Source: Candidatus Parcubacteria bacterium (GTDB lineage Bacteria > Patescibacteriota > Minisyncoccia > Minisyncoccales > JAGMDC01). Taken from it: 64,000 nt of DNA. Shown piece after piece: positions 60,184-64,000 of the stretch (positions are counted from its first letter, which is position 1; each line of letters opens with the position of its first letter). The position numbers were made by a program, and so were the translations under genes. The notes beneath the pieces are model-generated. The model ran no database searches. It worked only from the letters and a program-made list of their open reading frames with translations, and was not told the origin of the DNA. Location of the stretch: positions 65,109-129,108 of the forward strand of contig JAGMAD010000003.1 in NCBI GenBank assembly GCA_023130975.1, written 5' to 3'.

Positions 60184-60654
60184 ATGATTGAGATTAATAA
60201 TTTGACAACTAATCCAGTAGATGAGGAATTTTTGAGAAAAAGTGCTAAAATAGTGTTAGATGGCGAATCCGCCAGCTGGCGGATGGCGGAGCGGAAAAAG
60301 GATGTTGATTTATCTATTGCTTTTGTAGGACAGGGAAGAATGAGAGAAATCAATAAAAGATACCGGGGCAAAAATCGCGTTACTGATGTTTTGAGTTTTC
60401 CAGAATCCAAGGTTTTATTACAAAAATTTAAAGTAGGTCCTTCTCAAAAAATTCAGGGCTTAGGGGAAATAATCATTTGTCTGCGTGAAGTTAAAAAGAA
60501 TGCTAAAAAATTTAGTTCTTCCTTTGAAAAAGAATTAAATAAGGTTTTAATTCATGGAATTCTACATTTGTTAGGATACGACCATGAGAAGGGCGAAGAG
60601 AAGGCAGAGGAGATGGAAGAAAAAGAAAAATATTATTTGTCAAAAGTTTTTTAG
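60184..60654 (+). CDS. ybeY: rRNA maturation endoribonuclease YbeY
   Basis: TDVLSFP and the zinc motif HGILHLLGYDHE. Confidence 0.92.
   Translation: MIEINNLTTNPVDEEFLRKSAKIVLDGESASWRMAERKKDVDLSIAFVGQGRMREINKRYRGKNRVTDVLSFPESKVLLQKFKVGPSQKIQGLGEIIICLREVKKNAKKFSSSFEKELNKVLIHGILHLLGYDHEKGEEKAEEMEEKEKYYLSKVF
60268..60283. repeat. TCCGCCAGCTGGCGGA palindrome, copy in ybeY
   Basis: GAATCCGCCAGCTGGCGGATGGCGGAGCGG, read as E S A S W R M A E R. Confidence 0.8.
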
Positions 60655-60660
60655 TTTTTT

Positions 60661-61884
60661 ATGGCAAAAAATCATTTTATCACTGGTTTAGATATAGGAA
60701 CTGGTTCTATCAAGGGTTTAACTGTTTTAAAGAAACAAGATTCTCCAAATTTTGAAGTTTTAGGCAGGTCGGAGAAGTTTTCTTTGGGAATTAGAAGGGG
60801 AGTAATCGTTGATCCTGAAACAGTTTCTAAAAACATTCGCTGGGTGATAAATCAGCTTGAAAATGAATCCGGACAGAAAATTAACGATGTTTACGTTAAT
60901 TTAGGCGGAAGCCATATTTTTTGTACCCCTTCTCATGGTACGGTGGTTGTTTCTCGGGCTGACCAGAAAATTTCTAAAGAAGATATTGATAGAGTGCTTC
61001 AATCAGCTCAAGCATTTTCTTTACCTTTAAATAAGGAAATTATTGAAATTTTCCCTAAAGAATTTATTGTTGATGGAGAAAGAGGAATAAAACAGGTTGA
61101 AGGAATGAAAGGTGTAAAGTTAGAAGTAGATGCCCTGGCACTTTGCGCCTTCACTCCTTATTTCAATAATTCAACTAAGGCAGTTTTAAATTCAGATATT
61201 CAAATCGGAGACATTTTTCCTTCTGCTTTAGCTTCAGCCAAAGCAGTTCTCACTCCCCATCAAAAAGAGTTAGGAGTAGTTTTAATAGATATTGGTGCTG
61301 GTACTACCTCATTAGCCGTTTTTCAAGAAGGAAATTTAATTCATACCGCTGTTTTTCCGATTGGTTCTGCTCATATTACACAGGACATTGCTATTGGATT
61401 ACAGACGGATATTGATATTGCTGAAAAAATAAAAAAGCAATTTGGCACTTGCATTTTAAACGGTAGCGGAAGCAATAAAAAAGAGAAAATTTTAGCATCG
61501 CAGAATTCTCCTTTAGTATTTTCCCGCAAAATGCTGACTAAAATTATTGAAGCAAGGGTTTCGGAAATTTTTAATTTAGTTCAAAAAGAAATAAAAAAGA
61601 TTACTCCCCAGCCTCTGCTTCCGGCTGGTCTTGTTTTAACTGGCGGCGGGGCAAAAATGCCCAGGATTATAGAACTGGCTAAAAAAGAATTAAAACTTCC
61701 AGCTCGGCGGGGATTTCCTCAAGAATTTTCAGAAATAGAAGAGGATCCTTCTTTAAGTGCTGTCTGCGGTTTGGTATTAGAAGGAGCAGATTGGTCTAAA
61801 GAGCCAGGTTTTTCCGGCTTCAGCGCTGCTGGCAAAGGCATTCTCGGAAAACTCAAAAAAATATTTAAAGTTTTTATACCATGA
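60661..61884 (+). CDS. ftsA: Cell division protein FtsA
   Basis: Actin-fold blocks GLDIGTGSIKG, IDIGAGTTSLAV and LTGGGAKMP, plus a C-terminal amphipathic helix GILGKLKKIFKVF. Confidence 0.92.
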   Translation: MAKNHFITGLDIGTGSIKGLTVLKKQDSPNFEVLGRSEKFSLGIRRGVIVDPETVSKNIRWVINQLENESGQKINDVYVNLGGSHIFCTPSHGTVVVSRADQKISKEDIDRVLQSAQAFSLPLNKEIIEIFPKEFIVDGERGIKQVEGMKGVKLEVDALALCAFTPYFNNSTKAVLNSDIQIGDIFPSALASAKAVLTPHQKELGVVLIDIGAGTTSLAVFQEGNLIHTAVFPIGSAHITQDIAIGLQTDIDIAEKIKKQFGTCILNGSGSNKKEKILASQNSPLVFSRKMLTKIIEARVSEIFNLVQKEIKKITPQPLLPAGLVLTGGGAKMPRIIELAKKELKLPARRGFPQEFSEIEEDPSLSAVCGLVLEGADWSKEPGFSGFSAAGKGILGKLKKIFKVFIP

Positions 61885-62822
61885 AAACACAAGCTAAAAT
61901 AAAAGTAATAGGGGTTGGTGGATCTGGCTCTAATGCTGTTTCCAGAATGATGAAATGTAAAATTCAGGGTATTGATTTAATTGCCCTGAACGCTGATGCC
62001 CAAGATTTAAACCATACTTTTGCTCATCAGAAAATTCGTATTGGCCGGCAGACAACTAAAGGTTTGGGTACTGGTATGAATCCAGAAATAGGCAGAAAAG
62101 CAGCTGAAGAAAATAGAGAAGAGATTGAAAGAATTTTGAAAGGTTCAGATATGATTTTTATTACTTGTGGACTTGGCGGCGGTTGCGGCTCCGGCGCTTC
62201 TTCAGTGGTAGCGGAAATTGCTAAAAAGCAAGGGGCTTTGACTATTGCTGTGGTTACCAAGCCATTTTCTTTTGAGGGCAATCAACGTCAGGCAATAGCA
62301 GAAAAGGCCTTGAAAAATTTAAGAGACAAAGTAGATACTCTGCTTATTATTCCCAATGACAAAATTCTTTCTTTGATTGATAAAGAAACAACTTTACTTT
62401 CTGCTTTTTGGGCTTGCGACGAAGTCCTTAGAGAGGCAGTTCAGGGAATTTCCGATTTAATTGTTTTTCCCGGTATTATCAATGTTGATTTCGCTGACTT
62501 AAAAGCTATTATGAAAAACTCTGGTCCTGCTTTGTTCGGCATTGGTTATGGAAAGGGAGAAAACAGAATAGAAGAAGCAGTGAACCAAGCCATTAATTCT
62601 CCTTTGCTTGATTTTTCAATCCAAGGAGCGAAAGGACTTTTATTTAACGTCAGTGGAGGAAAAGATATTAGCCTAGACGAGGTAAGGCACATTGCCAATA
62701 TTATTACCAAAAATACTAGTCCCAGAGCAAAAATAATTTTTGGCGCTGTTCAGGATAAAAATTTGACTAAAGAAGAAATTAAAATAACTGTTATTGCTAC
62801 TGGGTTTAATAATAATGATTGA
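61881..62822 (+). CDS. ftsZ: Cell division GTPase FtsZ (core only, no C-terminal linker or tail)
   Basis: IKVIGVGGSGSNAV, GLGGGCGSGAS (tubulin signature variant), NADAQDL and ITVIATGF. The stop comes 5 codons after the last core strand. Confidence 0.92.
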   Translation: MKTQAKIKVIGVGGSGSNAVSRMMKCKIQGIDLIALNADAQDLNHTFAHQKIRIGRQTTKGLGTGMNPEIGRKAAEENREEIERILKGSDMIFITCGLGGGCGSGASSVVAEIAKKQGALTIAVVTKPFSFEGNQRQAIAEKALKNLRDKVDTLLIIPNDKILSLIDKETTLLSAFWACDEVLREAVQGISDLIVFPGIINVDFADLKAIMKNSGPALFGIGYGKGENRIEEAVNQAINSPLLDFSIQGAKGLLFNVSGGKDISLDEVRHIANIITKNTSPRAKIIFGAVQDKNLTKEEIKITVIATGFNNND

Positions 62823-63135
62823 TTTAAATGACCAAAATTTTCAAGGAGAAGTGCTTAATGGCGATAATGACAAGCCATTTTTAGTTGATTTTTGGACAAA
62901 TTGGTGCGTTCCATGCAAAGTTATTGCTCCTTTTATAGAAAAAATTGCTGAAGATTATAGAGACAAGATAAAAGTTGGCAGGCTTAACGTGGACGAATCC
63001 AAACAAACGGCTATTACTTACGGAATTGAAGCCATTCCTACTTTAATTATTTTTAAACAAGGCCAAATAGTAGATAAAGTAATTGGCGTAGTGCCTTATC
63101 AGGTCTTGATTCAAAAAATAGAACAACATATTTAA
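62815..63135 (+). CDS. trxA: Thioredoxin
   Basis: FWTNWCVPCK active site and IPTLIIFK. The ATG overlaps the ftsZ stop (ATGATTGA). The ORF also opens at TTG 62794. Confidence 0.9.
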   Translation: MIDLNDQNFQGEVLNGDNDKPFLVDFWTNWCVPCKVIAPFIEKIAEDYRDKIKVGRLNVDESKQTAITYGIEAIPTLIIFKQGQIVDKVIGVVPYQVLIQKIEQHI

Positions 63136-63206
63136 AATTTTTGAAATACTTTTGTCTGTAAAGATATCACATATATCACGACCGTAGCATATCTGACACA
63201 ATTTTT

Positions 63207-63476
63207 ATGAACAATGACCCAGTAGAAAATTTAATAGAGGATTATAAAAAATACGCTGAAGAGAATGGACTTAAATTAAATCCTGATAAAAAAATAATAG
63301 AAGTTTTAATCAAAAAATTATTAGAAAATGAGGAAAAGTACGGTGAAAAATACTGTCCCTGCAGATTCATTACTGGTGATTGTGAGAAAGATAAAAAAAA
63401 GATTTGCCCCTGTGTTTTTATGGATTCTGAAATAAAAAAACAAGGTCATTGTCATTGCAGTTTATTTGTAAAATGA
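63207..63476 (+). CDS. Ferredoxin:thioredoxin reductase catalytic-subunit homologue
   Basis: CPC..(14)..CPC..(13)..CHC.LF cysteine pattern (KYCPCRF, ICPCVFM, GHCHCSLF). Confidence 0.8.
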   Translation: MNNDPVENLIEDYKKYAEENGLKLNPDKKIIEVLIKKLLENEEKYGEKYCPCRFITGDCEKDKKKICPCVFMDSEIKKQGHCHCSLFVK

Positions 63477-64000
63477 GAAAAATCAGAGGGCTAATTTTAT
63501 TTTCCGGCGGTTTGGATTCAATTTTAGCAGCAAAGATTTTAATGGAACAGAAAATTAAGTTAAAAGGAATAACTTTCAAAAGTTATTTTTTTAATGAAGA
63601 GCAAGCGAAAAAAGCTGCCAAACAAATTAAATTGCCGCTAAAAATTATTGATTTTTCAAAAGAGCATCTAAAAATAGTCAAAAGTCCAAAATATGGTTAT
63701 GGAAAAGCAATAAATCCCTGCATTGACTGTCATATTCTGATGTTAAAAACCGCTAAGAGGATTATGAAAAAAGAAAAGTTTGATTTTATTATTACTGGCG
63801 ATGTTTTAGGAGAAAGACCAATGTCTCAAAACAAACAGGCATTAGGACTGATAAAAAAAGAATCTAAGTTAGGCGGATATTTATTGCAGCCACTTTCAGC
63901 AAAATTATTGAAAGAAACTATTCCAGAAAAATTGGGCTGGGTAAATAGAAAAGAACTTTTTGACATTTCCGGCCGTTCTAGAAAAAAACAGATTGCCTTG
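63473..64000 (+). CDS. PP-loop ATP pyrophosphatase of the ThiI/MnmA-like tRNA-thiolation type, 3'-truncated by the window edge
   Basis: The ATG overlaps the upstream stop (ATGA). SGGLDS PP-loop, NPCIDCH and ITGDVLGERPMSQ. The frame is open to base 64000. Not in the ORF track because it has no stop. Confidence 0.7.
   Translation, partial: MRKIRGLILFSGGLDSILAAKILMEQKIKLKGITFKSYFFNEEQAKKAAKQIKLPLKIIDFSKEHLKIVKSPKYGYGKAINPCIDCHILMLKTAKRIMKKEKFDFIITGDVLGERPMSQNKQALGLIKKESKLGGYLLQPLSAKLLKETIPEKLGWVNRKELFDISGRSRKKQIAL

Noticed and set aside
62820-62822. UGA recoding (code 25/4) as an explanation for the short FtsZ
   Set aside because: Many genes here end with in-frame TGA at the expected protein length. 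Reading through the ftsZ TGA meets another stop two codons later. All conserved proteins are intact under the standard code.

Overview
AT-rich, very gene-dense window with about 60 CDS, mostly on the + strand and often overlapping by 1-14 nt. By gene content and style it reads like a small-genome CPR/Patescibacteria-type bacterium (inference). Standard code: TGA acts as stop. The content is mainly housekeeping. Translation genes: argS, ileS, glyQS, metG, leuS, hisS, infC-rpmI-rplT, smpB plus tmRNA, pth, rpsU, ybeY. DNA and division genes: polX, recO, topA, dprA, udg, ftsA-ftsZ. Metabolic and redox genes: glmS, a PMM/PGM-type mutase, a GlmU-like enzyme, ppa, iorAB, sufC-sufB/D, and two thiol-redox modules. 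Four things stand out. (1) IleRS carries a complete, apparently catalytically intact histidine-phosphatase (PGAM-like) domain of 196 aa inserted in its catalytic core. (2) A 13.4-kb surface module (15420-28760) is bracketed by ~79-bp direct repeats. It encodes an HTH-TM-FG-GAP-Fn3 giant protein, a MacB-type ABC pair whose ATPase has a duplicated C-terminal domain, a DUF2341/Calx-beta giant protein and a small anchor protein. (3) Several families of short GC-rich palindromes and oligonucleotide tandem repeats occur both intergenically and in frame inside conserved enzymes. Affected genes include ileS, argS, metG, glyQS, leuS, polX, recO, tatD, iorA, ybeY, pth and the DUF72 gene. One palindrome is used in all three reading frames. 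(4) A small accessory islet holds a RelE-type TA pair, a zinc-ribbon ORF and a free-standing LAGLIDADG endonuclease. No rRNA, tRNA, CRISPR array or transposase was seen.
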